Shown: positions 1 through 10,320, numbered from the stretch's first letter. The stretch: 23,101 nucleotides of DNA from Thelocarpon superellum (GCA_026025795.1 JAPEUG010000025.1:62001-85101); one strand, 5' to 3'. Program-made: numbers and translations. The notes: generated from the sequence alone by a model not told the origin.

Positions 1-981
1 TTCGTCGATGCATCCGTCGGGCTGCTCACCGCGACGATGGGAGCGCGGAAGATGAAGAGCATGCCAGACACCTCGGGAGAGTGGGCGGCGACAAGGAGAT
101 CCCACTCTTGATCACCGTTGATAGGGTCCGTGTCCGTCGAGCGCTGTCTGCTTCGCGCCCTCGTGGTGTGTCGATCCTCCATCCCCGCATCCTCGTCGTC
201 GCCATCGCCCTCATCGACCAACGTGCTTTCTCGCGGCGTCACGGTCAGGTCGACGCCACGAGGTACGTCCTGGAGGGCCGTCGAGCTACCGAGCATCACG
301 ACTTGTTCGTCCCACCGTCCCAGGCCATGCTTGGCTGCTGTGGTGCTGCCGGCTCGCTCGCGGGACGCCTTGAGGCCGTGCGACGGAGGCGTCAGGGGAA
401 GGCTGATGAGTCGCACGGTCTGGTCGGAGCAGGCGGCGACCATGAAGAGTTTGTGTGCCATCATGAGCGGTACGGAAGAGTGGGAGGTGTGTGCGGCCTC
501 GGGTGGGACCGGGGGAAATGACAGCTGCAAGACTTCGGTGCCAAGCGGGAGATCCAGATATTGGATGATGGGTGGAAATGGGGCGCAGGGGTCCATCAGC
601 TCCTCCGCTTCAAATCCCTCCTCGACCGGAGGTGCTGATGCTCCCTTGCCCGGCTCATCCTCATCCGAGTCGATGATCATGATCACATCGCTACCAGCGC
701 CATTGGACGTCTCTGGCTGGGACGACGCGGTCTCCGCCGGCGCCTGGAAGGGACGGCCGCCTCGCCACAGAATGCGGAGGCCATTGGCGTGACCATACAC
801 GATGACGGCGGATCCATTGGGCGAGCGGACGGGATAGACCCTGGCGACGTGCACGCGATGTGGGAGTTCATAGCTAGCCCGGTCAGACCTCACGGCACAC
901 CGCTGGCCGAGGAGGCACTCACCTCAGCTGGAAAAGCCGGTCGCTCCGGGACAGCCGTGGTTGCGTCCACGAGATGACCAT
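1..981 (-). CDS. NUP37: Nucleoporin Nup37 (Y-complex WD40 beta-propeller), 5' part only; gene continues beyond the left edge
   Basis: Absent from the ORF track; built by hand. Exon 1 is 981-923 (MVISWTQPRLSRSDRLFQL). Intron 922-874 is 49 nt, GTGAGT...CTGAC...CTAG. Exon 2 (873-1) is open to the edge: SYELPHRVHVARVYPVRSPNGSAVIVYGHANGLRILWRGGRPF...VIMIIDSDEDE...IIQYLDLPLGTEVLQL...AACSDQTVRLISLPLTPP...WDLLVAAHSPEVSGMLFIFR. These blocks match fungal Nup37 N-termini as I recall them. Confidence 0.85.
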
Positions 982-1196
982 GATGGGTCCGATCTGGTCT
1001 CGTTAGGCTGGAAGGTAGAGAGGTGATTAGGTCATGTCGGGTGGGTGCTGTAGAGCTTGTAGTCGGTGGAGGCTGGTTGGCTTGGAGTTGACGGTAACGT
1101 CGCCTTTGACGTCAATAGGTCGCGAGAGGCCCAAAGCGGTCGATTCCGCTTGCTCGTTGTCGCGACGAAAACGCGTCGCCCAAGCTCAGTACTCAC

Positions 1197-1413
1197 CACG
1201 CACCACGCACCACGCATCACCCTCCACCCTCCACCCTCCACCCTCCACCCTCCACCCTCCACCCTCCACCCTCCACCCTCCACCCTCCACCCTCCACCCT
1301 CCACGCAGAACGCACCACCCTCCACGCACCACCCTCCACGCACCACCCTCCACGCACCACCCTCCACGCACCACCCTCCACGCACCACCCTCCACGCACC
1401 ACGCACCACCCGC
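1197..1413. repeat. Compound heptamer minisatellite (31 x 7 bp) of CACGCAC and CACCCTC units in the NUP37/APC1 divergent promoter
   Basis: 12 perfect CACCCTC copies (1218-1301) and 6 copies of the 14-mer CGCACCACCCTCCA (1311-1394); the 7-bp register is kept throughout. Confidence 0.97.
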
Positions 1414-1554
1414 AAGGTATCCAGCCACCCAGCTCCCCCCCGCAGCTTCGCAAACTCAATGGATGGCCCGTGACTTGACGGCACCATCACCACCAATCAC
1501 GATTCCACATGTCATGTGCCGAGTCCCGCCTCTCGTTCCCCGGCACGATATGAC

Positions 1555-4500
1555 ATGGCGTCCGTGACCTCTCTGGGGCTGCACCACCCCACCGCCCTCC
1601 CGTACCTCATCGAAGAAGGCCTCCTGCCTGCCGAGCCGTCGGCCGACCGGTACCGATGGACCACCTTCCTCGGCGGCGAGAAGGCGGACGAGGCGGAAGA
1701 GGAAGAGCTGTTGGTCACGGAGACCTGCGTCGTCTGGAGCCAGCGGGGTCTGGTGCGCAAGGTCTTTCGCTTCGAGGTCGAGAATGAAGCCGTCGCCCAT
1801 GCCGTGTTGACTCGCTTTCCGACCCACGAGAGCAGCCGGCACTGGTCGACTACGGAGACATCGTCGACGGCTGCGCCGTCACCGACCGACCCGTCCGACG
1901 CCGACGGGGGCCTGTCCCGCGCCGTCGTCGTCTTCCTCCAGACCCAGGCCCACGTCTATTTCTTGTCCGGTGCCAGCCATGTGGTCCACCTCCCCTTTGA
2001 AGTGGATCGAGTGCTACCCGTGTCACGAGGATTGTTCATCCAGCGAAAGCTGCCGTCGACCCTCGCCACACCCGCGTCCGCGCCGTTCATGGGCCCGCCG
2101 CCCGGAGCCCCACCCAACTCGCTCGCCTCCTCGCGACTGCCCTCCTCGCAAGCCGAGGTGGCCTCCTTTACCGGTGGACATACGGGCCCGGATGGACTGG
2201 ATCTGGTGCCCGGTCCGGCCCCTCTCGACCGCGGTCATGATATCCCACGATCGTTCTGCCTCACCGACCCGTTGCTCGAGATGGGTCTGGTCGTCACGGC
2301 CGAGACGCTGCCGCGGGCGCGCTCTACGACGGCCCGTGGGCCGGGGCAAGGATCGAGCAGACTGGAAGATCTCCATCCTGCCGAGGAGCTCGTGTACATC
2401 TCTCCGGCCTCCGAGCTAGCTTCCTTCGGTCCTAACGACCCACTCTTGCTGGCGCTCACCGTCAATGAGCAGACGAAGAAATACACCTTGTGGCACGTCT
2501 CCTATCTCGAACCAGAGTCCGCTGCGACCCTCTCCAAGTACCGCACCGCGAGCGCCTCGGGTGCTGCCTCGCGCCGGCGCAGCTCCTTTGGCCACGGCGC
2601 GACGACCGGCACCACCACCCCCGCGGGCTTCGGCGGCACCGCCACGCGGGACAGCCTCGGCGCCGCGTCACACCCCGACGCGGGGGCCCTCTTGGCCGAG
2701 ACCGTGGAGGACGATGCCTTGGTCTCGTCGCTCAATGTCGACCTGGCCTTTGCAGGCGGTGGGGGGCCGGCGAAAGAGTCCCGACGCGTGAGCTCCCTCC
2801 TCGCGCGGGCGGATCTATCCACCACCCAAGACAAGGTCGCCTTCTCCGATCTGGCCACGGGTCACGCCGCGAGCTCGTCGGCCGTGCATCCAGGGGCGAG
2901 TCGACGGGGCGAATCGCTCGGAAGCGTCGGCGTCGGTGGACGCAGCAGCTTCGGTGCCAGCGCTGGCGGTCAGCGCCGGGGATCGACCCCCGTTGGACGC
3001 CACCACCTCAGCGGGCACGACGGCAACGCCTCCCAGGTGCCGGTGGATGACCTCCTCGAGGAACTGAATGCGGGTGGGAGCTTCGAGGGCTTCGAGCACA
3101 TGGGCCTGCACGACCCGGTCGGGGGACTACGCAAAGAGATTGTCATGAAGAAGATGGAGACGTGGCCGCGCGGTGCGCCCGTCGATGGCGCCCTGGAGGA
3201 TACGGGCCTCCACAAGAAAGCCACCAAAGTCTTCACCCTCGTGCCTCCGCCATCGGCGACGTCATCCGCTAGCCTGGCGGCTTCAGTAGTGATGGCGGTC
3301 ATGGACCCGCAGAGCAAGACGCTCGTGATGGTGACGATCCATCTCAAGCACCCTCGCGCCGCCGCGCGGCGACAGTACGGAAGTCTCCAATCGCGCCAAG
3401 CGCCGGCCGACCGGACGAAGAGAACGGTCGTGCCTACGTTGGGTGAGGTGTGGCGCGGTACTGGCGTCCTCGACGCGGCTAAGATCGTCGACCGCACGCT
3501 CTCACGTCTCTTGGTGCTCCGCCAGACGGACGATGGCCACGGCGAGCTCAGCCTCCGCGGCCTCGCGGGCGAGGCGATCCGCGTCGACCTCCCGCCCCAT
3601 CTCGCCGTCTTTGATCTCTATCGCCTCGGGGCCGGTGCTGCGGGCGCTGCTCGACGCGACGGCGGCCTCAGGCGGGTCTTTCGGAAGGGTCGCCGCGTGC
3701 TGCGCGGTCTCGAGCACGGCGGAACGGACGGCGATGTGGACGTGCTGGATGAGCAGGGTCACCGCCATCGGCTGAAGATTCAACTTCGTGCCCGCCAGGG
3801 ACACATCGGCCAGATGTTGGACATCTGCCGCTGCATCCTTCCGGGCCGCGAGCGTGGCGGGGATGGCGTGCTGACGGGATGGTGGGAGGTGCGCCGCTGG
3901 CTGCGCGATCGCGGCACGACTGGACAGGATGACGAGTGGACGGCGCTGGTGGTGCTGCTGATGGTCATGGCCGTCCCGTTTGTTCCCAACCGCGACGAGC
4001 GACCGGCGGTGAACACCCCGACGCGGCGGACGGGACTCCTACGGTCCAGCAGCGGTGCCCACCTCGACCTGGAGAGCTGGACGACGATGTTGAGCTACGA
4101 TGGACGTCACGGCTCGCCGGGCCCGGCGTGGATGAGTAGCCCGGCGTGGCGATGGGTGGCGGAGGAGGCGGAGGACGAGCCCGCCGTGTCGTTCCCGGAC
4201 TCGAAACGACGCTCGCGAGCTTCGTGGACGACGGGGGCACGGTCTTTTCCCCCTGCCGCCACCACCAGCGCGCTGAATCAGAAGAACTCCTTCCTCCTCG
4301 ATTGCGTCGGCTGGGCTCGTGACTTTCTCCGCTCGTCGGCCGGGAAGGCGGCGACGGGTGACCGGGGCTATCTACCGACGGCGCGGGGGCGCCATGCGGG
4401 CTGCCGTCGGACGGCCCTCCCCACCATCCTCGTGGGCCTGCACCTGTTCCGAGAAGAGCTGAAGCTCGACGTGACGACTGCCGACGCTCCAGACTCCGAT

Positions 4501-7500
4501 GTGGCCCGGTTGACGCCGGTGCTGGCGCAGATCGGCGGATGGCTGGGGTGGCGAGAGTGGAGTGGGCGCACGCCCTCGTACTACAGCGCCGAGGACGTGG
4601 CCATGGATCGCTGGCTCTTCAATGACGGCCTCATCACCCAGCTCGACGTGCCCGACCCCCCTTTTCCCCCACCCTCCATCTACGACTGGTGCAGTGCCTG
4701 TGCGCAGCCCGTCGCCCCGGCACCCTTTACCACCCTCCCCGATCTCGTGGACGTTGGGCCGCGGACGAATCGGCCGTCGACGATGCCCGAGTTCTGGCGC
4801 ACGTTGACTCCACGGACGCCCATCCTCATCGACCTCTTCCTCCACATGCACGTCGCTGGCCTGTCCTCGGCTGGTCTGGTCCAGAAGATGGCGGACCTCG
4901 GGGTGGGCAAGCCGCTGCTCGACACCCTCCCCGAGGGCATCGTTGCGCCGCTGCTGGAGGCCATGGTGAACTGCCAGGCCGATCCGCCCACCAGCTGGAA
5001 CGCGGCGATGCTCGAGCTGATTGGGCGCGAGGATCTCCGCCTGCTCCTTTCGCCCCTCGACGAGCCGGCCGAGTCGGCACGGCCGCAGTCGATCCCGACG
5101 CACGAGGCAGCCCGGGACGTGCACACGATCTGCAGCACCACGTTCGACGCGGAACCGAGCGGGTCGGTGGAGGGGGCGGCGGAGATGGACCGGCAGGCCA
5201 TCACGCGCTTGATCTTCCGCGACGACCGCCGCTTCGCCGAAGCGGCCCGTCTGGTGCAGTCAAGTCGGACCTCGGTGGCGCGATGTGCGCCCGAGCCGGA
5301 CTGGACCGAGGCGGACTTGCTGGAGGCGCAGAAGGAGGTGGCGCAGACGGTGGCGATGCGTACGCTCGCGGTGCCGGCGGGACGCGGGCCGCTCTCCTTT
5401 CGTGCGCGCCATCCGCTGCTGACGGAGCGCTTTCCTATCCCGGGCTTCAATCTCAGCTGCGTGATGCGGCCGTCGCACAACACGGTGTCGGCGGACAAGT
5501 CGTCCTTCACGGAGGAGAAGGTGGGCTGGGCCTTTTTCCACGCCGGCGTCGCCGCGGGCCTGAGCATCGCCCGCGACGCCACGGGCATCGACGCGTCGTG
5601 GATCGTCTTCAACAAGCCGGCCGAGCTCAGCAACCGACACGCCGGCTTCCTGCTGGCCCTGGGCCTCAACGGTCACCTGAAGGCGCTCGCCAAGTGGGTG
5701 GCGTTCAAGTACCTGACGCCGAAGCACACCATGACCTCCATCGGGCTCTTGCTGGGCCTCTCGGCCTCGTATCTCGGGACCATGGACACGCTGGTGACGA
5801 AGCTCCTCTCGGTGCACGTCAGTCGCATGCTGCCCCCAGGCGCGGCCGAGCTGAACCTGTCGCCGCTGACGCAGACGACGGGGATCATGGGGCTGGGCTT
5901 GCTCTATTGCCAGACGCAGCATCGGCGCATGAGCGAGGTGATGCTGTCGGAGATTGAGCACATTGACGAGGAAGACGCGTCGACGCCGAGCGACGCGGTG
6001 CGTGACGAGGGCTACCGGCTCGCGGCTGGCTTCGCCCTGGGTCTCATCAACCTGGGCAAAGGGCAGGATCTCAAGGGGCTCCACGACATGCACCTGGTCG
6101 AGCGGCTGTTGGGGATCGCCGTCGGCACCAAGAAGGTCAGCATCGTGCACGTGCTCGACAAGTCAACGGCGGCCGCGACCATGGCGACGGCGCTCATCTT
6201 CATGAAGTCGCACGACGCGGCGGTGGCACGCAAGATTGACGTGCCCGACACGCTGGTGCAGTTTGACTACGTCCGGCCCGATCTCTTCCTGCTGCGCACG
6301 GTGGCGCGGCACCTCATCATGTGGCATGATATGCGGCCGACGGCCCGCTGGATCCGCGAGCACGTCCCCCGCGCCTTTCAGCACCGGGCGACGTTGCGCG
6401 AGATCCACAGTCTCCGCAGCGAGGATCTCCCCTTCTTCAACATCGTCGCCGGGTTGTGCTTCAGCCTGGCGCTCCGCCACGCCGGGTCTGGATCGCTCGA
6501 GGTGCGCGACATGCTGCGGCCCTACCTCGACCAATACATCCGACTCTGTCGCCTCCCCGCCGTCAACTACGACCAGAAGCTCACGCGGAGCACGGTGCGC
6601 AACTGCCAGGACCTGCTGGCGCTGTCGTGCGCGACGGTGATGGCGGGTACGGGCGACCTCGCCGTCTTCCGTCGTCTCCGCTCCCTGCACGGCCGCACGG
6701 ACCCGGAGACGCCGTACGGCAGCCACCTTGCAGCCCACGTCGCCATCGGCGTGCTCTTCCTCGGGGGCGGCACCTACACCTTTGGCACGACGCCCCTGGC
6801 GACCGCCGCCCTCCTTTGCGCCTTCTACCCGCTCTTCCCCAATGCCATCCTGGACAACAAGTCGCACCTCCAGGCCTTCCGGCACTTCTGGGCGCTGGCC
6901 GTCGAGGCGCGATGCATCGTCGCGCGAGAAGCGGACTCGTCACGTCCCGTGTCCATTCCGCTGTCCATCTCCCTCCGCGCCGGACCCGTCCTGCGGCGCA
7001 CAGCCCCCTGTCTCCTCCCCCCGCTGGACGAGGTCAGGTCCATCGCCACGGCGTCGCCGGACCACTGGCGCGTGGTGCTCGACTTTGCCCGCAACCCGGC
7101 CCATCTCGCGGCCTTTGAGCGGTCGCAGACGATCCTCGTCCGCCAACACGCCGCCTACGACGCCTCGGCCTCGGTCTTTCGCACGACGCTGCGCGCGCTC
7201 CACGACACGGAGACGGCACGTCATCCACTGGAATGGCTGCTGGACCTGTCCATCTTCCAGACGTTTGATCGTGCCGAGCGGGCGCTCGTCCTGCCTCCTG
7301 ACGCGGCAACGGGAGCGGGCGGAGCGGCGTCTGCCTCGTCCGCCGCGCTCGACATGGAAAGTGCGCTCGTGGACGCGCGTCTCATATTTGAACACGCGTC
7401 ATTGGACGAGGGGAAGGCGGACCGGTTGAGGAATCTGAAGTGTTTGTTCGATTGGGCGGATCGGGCGGATCGAGAGAGGAGGGAGCACGCACGCCACACC

Positions 7501-7686
7501 GAGCGGGGCGGCGAGGCCGCCAAGGGAGAGGAGGAAGCAGGAGAGGGAGAGGGAGGAGAGAGAGAAGACACGGGGCGACGCCAGCGAAAAGAACGAGAGG
7601 ACGGGGTCCACAGACGGTGGATCACGCCCGAAGTGATTGATAGACTTCGAGCAAGGGTATGGTTGGCTTGTCAGAGTGAGGAATAG
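1555..7686 (+). CDS. APC1: Anaphase-promoting complex subunit 1 (Apc1/BimE/Cut4), 2043 aa, apparently intronless
   Basis: Single ORF from the ATG at 1555 (MASVTSLGLHHPTALPYLIEEGLL...EEELLVTETCVVWS). PC-repeat region WAFFHAGVAAGL...NRHAGFLLALGLNGHL...KHTMTSIGLLLGLSASYLGTMD and C-terminal PYGSHLAAHVAIGVLFLGGG...DNKSHLQAFRHFWALA are diagnostic of Apc1. Confidence 0.96.
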   Translation: MASVTSLGLHHPTALPYLIEEGLLPAEPSADRYRWTTFLGGEKADEAEEEELLVTETCVVWSQRGLVRKVFRFEVENEAVAHAVLTRFPTHESSRHWSTTETSSTAAPSPTDPSDADGGLSRAVVVFLQTQAHVYFLSGASHVVHLPFEVDRVLPVSRGLFIQRKLPSTLATPASAPFMGPPPGAPPNSLASSRLPSSQAEVASFTGGHTGPDGLDLVPGPAPLDRGHDIPRSFCLTDPLLEMGLVVTAETLPRARSTTARGPGQGSSRLEDLHPAEELVYISPASELASFGPNDPLLLALTVNEQTKKYTLWHVSYLEPESAATLSKYRTASASGAASRRRSSFGHGATTGTTTPAGFGGTATRDSLGAASHPDAGALLAETVEDDALVSSLNVDLAFAGGGGPAKESRRVSSLLARADLSTTQDKVAFSDLATGHAASSSAVHPGASRRGESLGSVGVGGRSSFGASAGGQRRGSTPVGRHHLSGHDGNASQVPVDDLLEELNAGGSFEGFEHMGLHDPVGGLRKEIVMKKMETWPRGAPVDGALEDTGLHKKATKVFTLVPPPSATSSASLAASVVMAVMDPQSKTLVMVTIHLKHPRAAARRQYGSLQSRQAPADRTKRTVVPTLGEVWRGTGVLDAAKIVDRTLSRLLVLRQTDDGHGELSLRGLAGEAIRVDLPPHLAVFDLYRLGAGAAGAARRDGGLRRVFRKGRRVLRGLEHGGTDGDVDVLDEQGHRHRLKIQLRARQGHIGQMLDICRCILPGRERGGDGVLTGWWEVRRWLRDRGTTGQDDEWTALVVLLMVMAVPFVPNRDERPAVNTPTRRTGLLRSSSGAHLDLESWTTMLSYDGRHGSPGPAWMSSPAWRWVAEEAEDEPAVSFPDSKRRSRASWTTGARSFPPAATTSALNQKNSFLLDCVGWARDFLRSSAGKAATGDRGYLPTARGRHAGCRRTALPTILVGLHLFREELKLDVTTADAPDSDVARLTPVLAQIGGWLGWREWSGRTPSYYSAEDVAMDRWLFNDGLITQLDVPDPPFPPPSIYDWCSACAQPVAPAPFTTLPDLVDVGPRTNRPSTMPEFWRTLTPRTPILIDLFLHMHVAGLSSAGLVQKMADLGVGKPLLDTLPEGIVAPLLEAMVNCQADPPTSWNAAMLELIGREDLRLLLSPLDEPAESARPQSIPTHEAARDVHTICSTTFDAEPSGSVEGAAEMDRQAITRLIFRDDRRFAEAARLVQSSRTSVARCAPEPDWTEADLLEAQKEVAQTVAMRTLAVPAGRGPLSFRARHPLLTERFPIPGFNLSCVMRPSHNTVSADKSSFTEEKVGWAFFHAGVAAGLSIARDATGIDASWIVFNKPAELSNRHAGFLLALGLNGHLKALAKWVAFKYLTPKHTMTSIGLLLGLSASYLGTMDTLVTKLLSVHVSRMLPPGAAELNLSPLTQTTGIMGLGLLYCQTQHRRMSEVMLSEIEHIDEEDASTPSDAVRDEGYRLAAGFALGLINLGKGQDLKGLHDMHLVERLLGIAVGTKKVSIVHVLDKSTAAATMATALIFMKSHDAAVARKIDVPDTLVQFDYVRPDLFLLRTVARHLIMWHDMRPTARWIREHVPRAFQHRATLREIHSLRSEDLPFFNIVAGLCFSLALRHAGSGSLEVRDMLRPYLDQYIRLCRLPAVNYDQKLTRSTVRNCQDLLALSCATVMAGTGDLAVFRRLRSLHGRTDPETPYGSHLAAHVAIGVLFLGGGTYTFGTTPLATAALLCAFYPLFPNAILDNKSHLQAFRHFWALAVEARCIVAREADSSRPVSIPLSISLRAGPVLRRTAPCLLPPLDEVRSIATASPDHWRVVLDFARNPAHLAAFERSQTILVRQHAAYDASASVFRTTLRALHDTETARHPLEWLLDLSIFQTFDRAERALVLPPDAATGAGGAASASSAALDMESALVDARLIFEHASLDEGKADRLRNLKCLFDWADRADRERREHARHTERGGEAAKGEEEAGEGEGGEREDTGRRQRKEREDGVHRRWITPEVIDRLRARVWLACQSEE

Positions 7687-7710
7687 GGAGAGCCATCCAT
7701 TGCACTATTG

Positions 7711-7913
7711 CATTGTTGCATTGTTGCATTGTTGCGTGGTTGCATTGATGCGTGGCACTGTGTGCTGGTGTTGTATCAATCAATAGATGGAAGTAAATTG
7801 TGATGAGAATCCATGAACGCCCGCCGCCCGCCGCCCGCCTGCCCGTGCTTGTTAGGTTCCGCCATGCTTTCCCCCTTGCCAGTCTACCATCCACGCAATG
7901 CAATGCAATGCAA
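7711..7913. repeat. Short simple repeats in the convergent APC1/AMSH 3' intergenic region
   Basis: (CATTGTTG)x3 at 7711-7734 and (GCAAT)x~4 at 7895-7913. Confidence 0.75.
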
Positions 7914-7996
7914 GGCTGCAAGTAGAAGAGAAAACGAACAACAAAAGCTTGCAAGGTACGAGCCTGTATGTACGAGTGCAGATGAGGATCTCTTTC

Positions 7997-9846
7997 TCAG
8001 ATAAACGACGTAGTGTCCCCGCCCCTCAAGTCAACAACGGCGAATTCCAACCCGGTAGCCTCAAAGACGTGCCCGGGCCTCAGGGCGTCGGTGAAGATAT
8101 GGTCTTCTCCGTGCGGATGGAACAGGCCGGGTTCGTGGCAGTTCAGGATGGTCTTCATCCCCGGCGGGTCCGTGAGGCGGAACACTCCCCATCTGTATTC
8201 CACCACACCAATGGATCACCTGTCAGTCTCAATCTCCAAAGAGAGAAAGGAGTGGGGAGGGAGAGGGGAGAGGAGAGGAGGTGCACTCACGACGGACTCT
8301 TACTGGGGGCGCACACAATCGCGATGCTCTCGGGCATCATGACCTGGTATCCGCAGTGGGTATGAAGATCCCGACTGCTCATGAAGCACGTCTGCGACGG
8401 GTGTGTGTGGATCCAGCCGAGCACCATGAGGTCTTCCGAGTCGCAGTAGTCGAACAGCGCGCTCTCGTTGACCGTCTCGCACGTGTCCGACGTGCTTTCT
8501 TGCTCCGGAATCACCAGACGCGAGATGAACAGCGCGTTCGAGATCAACGTGCCGCACAGAATGCCGCACGTTTCGAGGTTCGCGCGCGTGTTGGCGTCCG
8601 CGATGGTGAGGAAGGTCGTGCGGAGCGTCGGCGGCAGGAAGACGGTCCGCAGTGGCGTGCCGTTTTCGAGATACGCCGCCGGCTGGAAGGTGAAGGACGA
8701 TGCGGCGGCGGCGGCGCTGGCGCTGGCGGCTGTGGCGGCGGTCGCAGACGAGGCCGAGTCTCGTTTCGTCCTGCTGGCCGGCGGATGGCTGCCGAGGGGC
8801 GCCTTGCTGGGAAGCGGCGGTCTCTCGTCGGATTCCCACGTACCAAGTCCATCGATCCGCTCCTGCGACAGCACCATCCCCTTGGGCGGTCTGGCCGGTC
8901 GGTTGCGGGGGTCGTCGGAAAAGGCAGGGCTAGGTAAGTCGGCATCAAGGGGCGGATCTGCATATGGCGGTGGCTCCTCCGATCGGCTGTCGTCTCGTTT
9001 GGGCACCGAAGGATAGCGGTATGCCGCATGACTGGGCGAGTGTTCCCCCTTCTTGTCCCTCCGATCGCTGGAGCGTGTCGACGTATCCACTCGTCGTCGC
9101 GTCTCTCGCATCCGTCGCTGCTGTTCATCTTCGCCCTCGAACCCCTTGTCGTGCGCCAGGGCCTGCTCCCAGTTTCCCCAGATGCCCGCGACCCGTCGCT
9201 CGTGCTCTTCTTCGGCCGACAATCCCGCCTGTCGCGTCGCCTTTCGCGCCGTCTCTCGTCGTCGAAGCTCCTGGTGGGCGATGCGAACAGCCAGGTCCCG
9301 GTTGTCTCGCGCCGGTAGCGACCGTGCCGAGCCAGGCATATCCTCCGCTCCCGCTCGGCCCGTCACACCATGCTGCCAGGCCGCGGCTCCATCCGTGGGC
9401 GGAGATGAGGGCGATCGCTCCACCGCGCTCACCAGCTTCTCATACGTTTCGCGCCGCTGATTGATGCGGGGTTTCAGTCGCTCGAGCTTGGCCACAGTCT
9501 TGGGTAGGGCCTTGGTGGCCGCCTCAAGCGCCAGCCGATTCTCGTGCTCGACGCGCTGGGGGTGATGCGAGAGATAGTCCAGCACCAGCTTGGCGTGTCG
9601 GAAGAGGAGCAGATATGCCTGTTGGTCGTCGCCCTCCCGTTCGTAGATTTGCGCCTATGGTCCACATCAGTCGTGGGCTCGTCCATGGTCGAGCAGGCTC
9701 ACCTCTTTCAGCAGCGTGTCGGCCGTGCGCAGCCAGTACCGCAAGGGCACATGTGGGTTGTACTCAAAGTCCTCTGCTTTCTTGGTGATTTCCGGAATGG
9801 TCATGAGGTAGCCCGAGGACGGGTGAGAGCCCTCGGTCGTGGCCAT
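7997..9846 (-). CDS. sst2: AMSH/STAMBP-like JAMM (MPN+) deubiquitinase, ESCRT-associated, 567 aa, 3 exons
   Basis: Exons 9846-9703, 9654-8291 and 8192-7997; introns 9702-9655 (GTGAGC...CATAG, 48 nt) and 8290-8193 (GTGAGT...CTGAC...TACAG, 98 nt); phases are consistent. N-terminal USP8-dimerisation/MIT-like block (PLRYWLRTADTLLKEAQIYEREGDDQQAYLLLFRHAKLVL). JAMM motif ETCGILCG...GWIHTHPSQTCFMSSRDLHTH, then WGVFRLTDPPG...LFHPH. Confidence 0.94.
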
Positions 9847-10050
9847 GGTGACGTTGTGGCGAGGGCGTAATGGTCAGGTGCGCTGCGAGGTGGCGAGCAG
9901 AGCGGGATGGAAGGGAGGAGAGATCGATTGGGTGCAGGTGTGCCTACTGCCTGGTGGACAGTCGACGACGACAGACATCTCATCGCCAAGCGGATGAAGC
10001 TGTATCCACCGCCAAGATGCGGGTCATGGCAGGGGGACAGATGCACGGGC

Positions 10051-10220
10051 AGATGGAGATGGAGGGGATGGGATGGATGGGATAGGATGGGATGGATGAG
10101 ATGGGATGGATGGGATGAGATGGATGGGATGGATGGGATGGATGGGATGGATGGGATGGATGGGATGGGATGGATGGGATGGGATGGAATGGATGGGATG
10201 GATGGGATGGGGTGGAGGGG
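10051..10220. repeat. GGAT/GGGAT compound microsatellite (C-free on + strand) in the AMSH/MTF1 divergent promoter
   Basis: Mixed GGAT and GGGAT units, often as the 9-mer GGGATGGAT; no C for about 170 nt. Confidence 0.95.
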
Positions 10221-10285
10221 CACAAATCCAGTTCGACCATCGCGTGCCAGTCCCGCCGTCCTGCAGACGCCGACCCACCCCCTTG

Positions 10286-10320
10286 CACCCTGCACCCTGT
10301 ACCCTGTACCCTGCACCCTG
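10286..10320. repeat. (YACCCTG)x5 heptamer repeat
   Basis: CACCCTG CACCCTG TACCCTG TACCCTG CACCCTG. Confidence 0.9.

Noticed and set aside
81..977. Plus-strand ORFs at the left edge
   Set aside because: Antisense to the spliced NUP37 frame.
1197..1413. CRISPR array or telomeric repeat
   Set aside because: No spacers, eukaryotic context, the unit is not TTAGGG and it lies between genes.
1032..1567. Repetitive ORFs (GGWRVEG / PPSTLHP repeats)
   Set aside because: Translations of the stop-free heptamer array, open in several frames on both strands.
1970..7640. Many alternative-frame and antisense ORFs within APC1
   Set aside because: Arg/Pro/Ala-rich GC artefacts overlapping a well-supported gene.
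8193..8290. Stwintron or recursive splice site at the internal CTGACAG|GTGATC of the AMSH intron
   Set aside because: The AG abuts the branch motif and the remaining segment is only about 27 nt; a single intron explains the gene.
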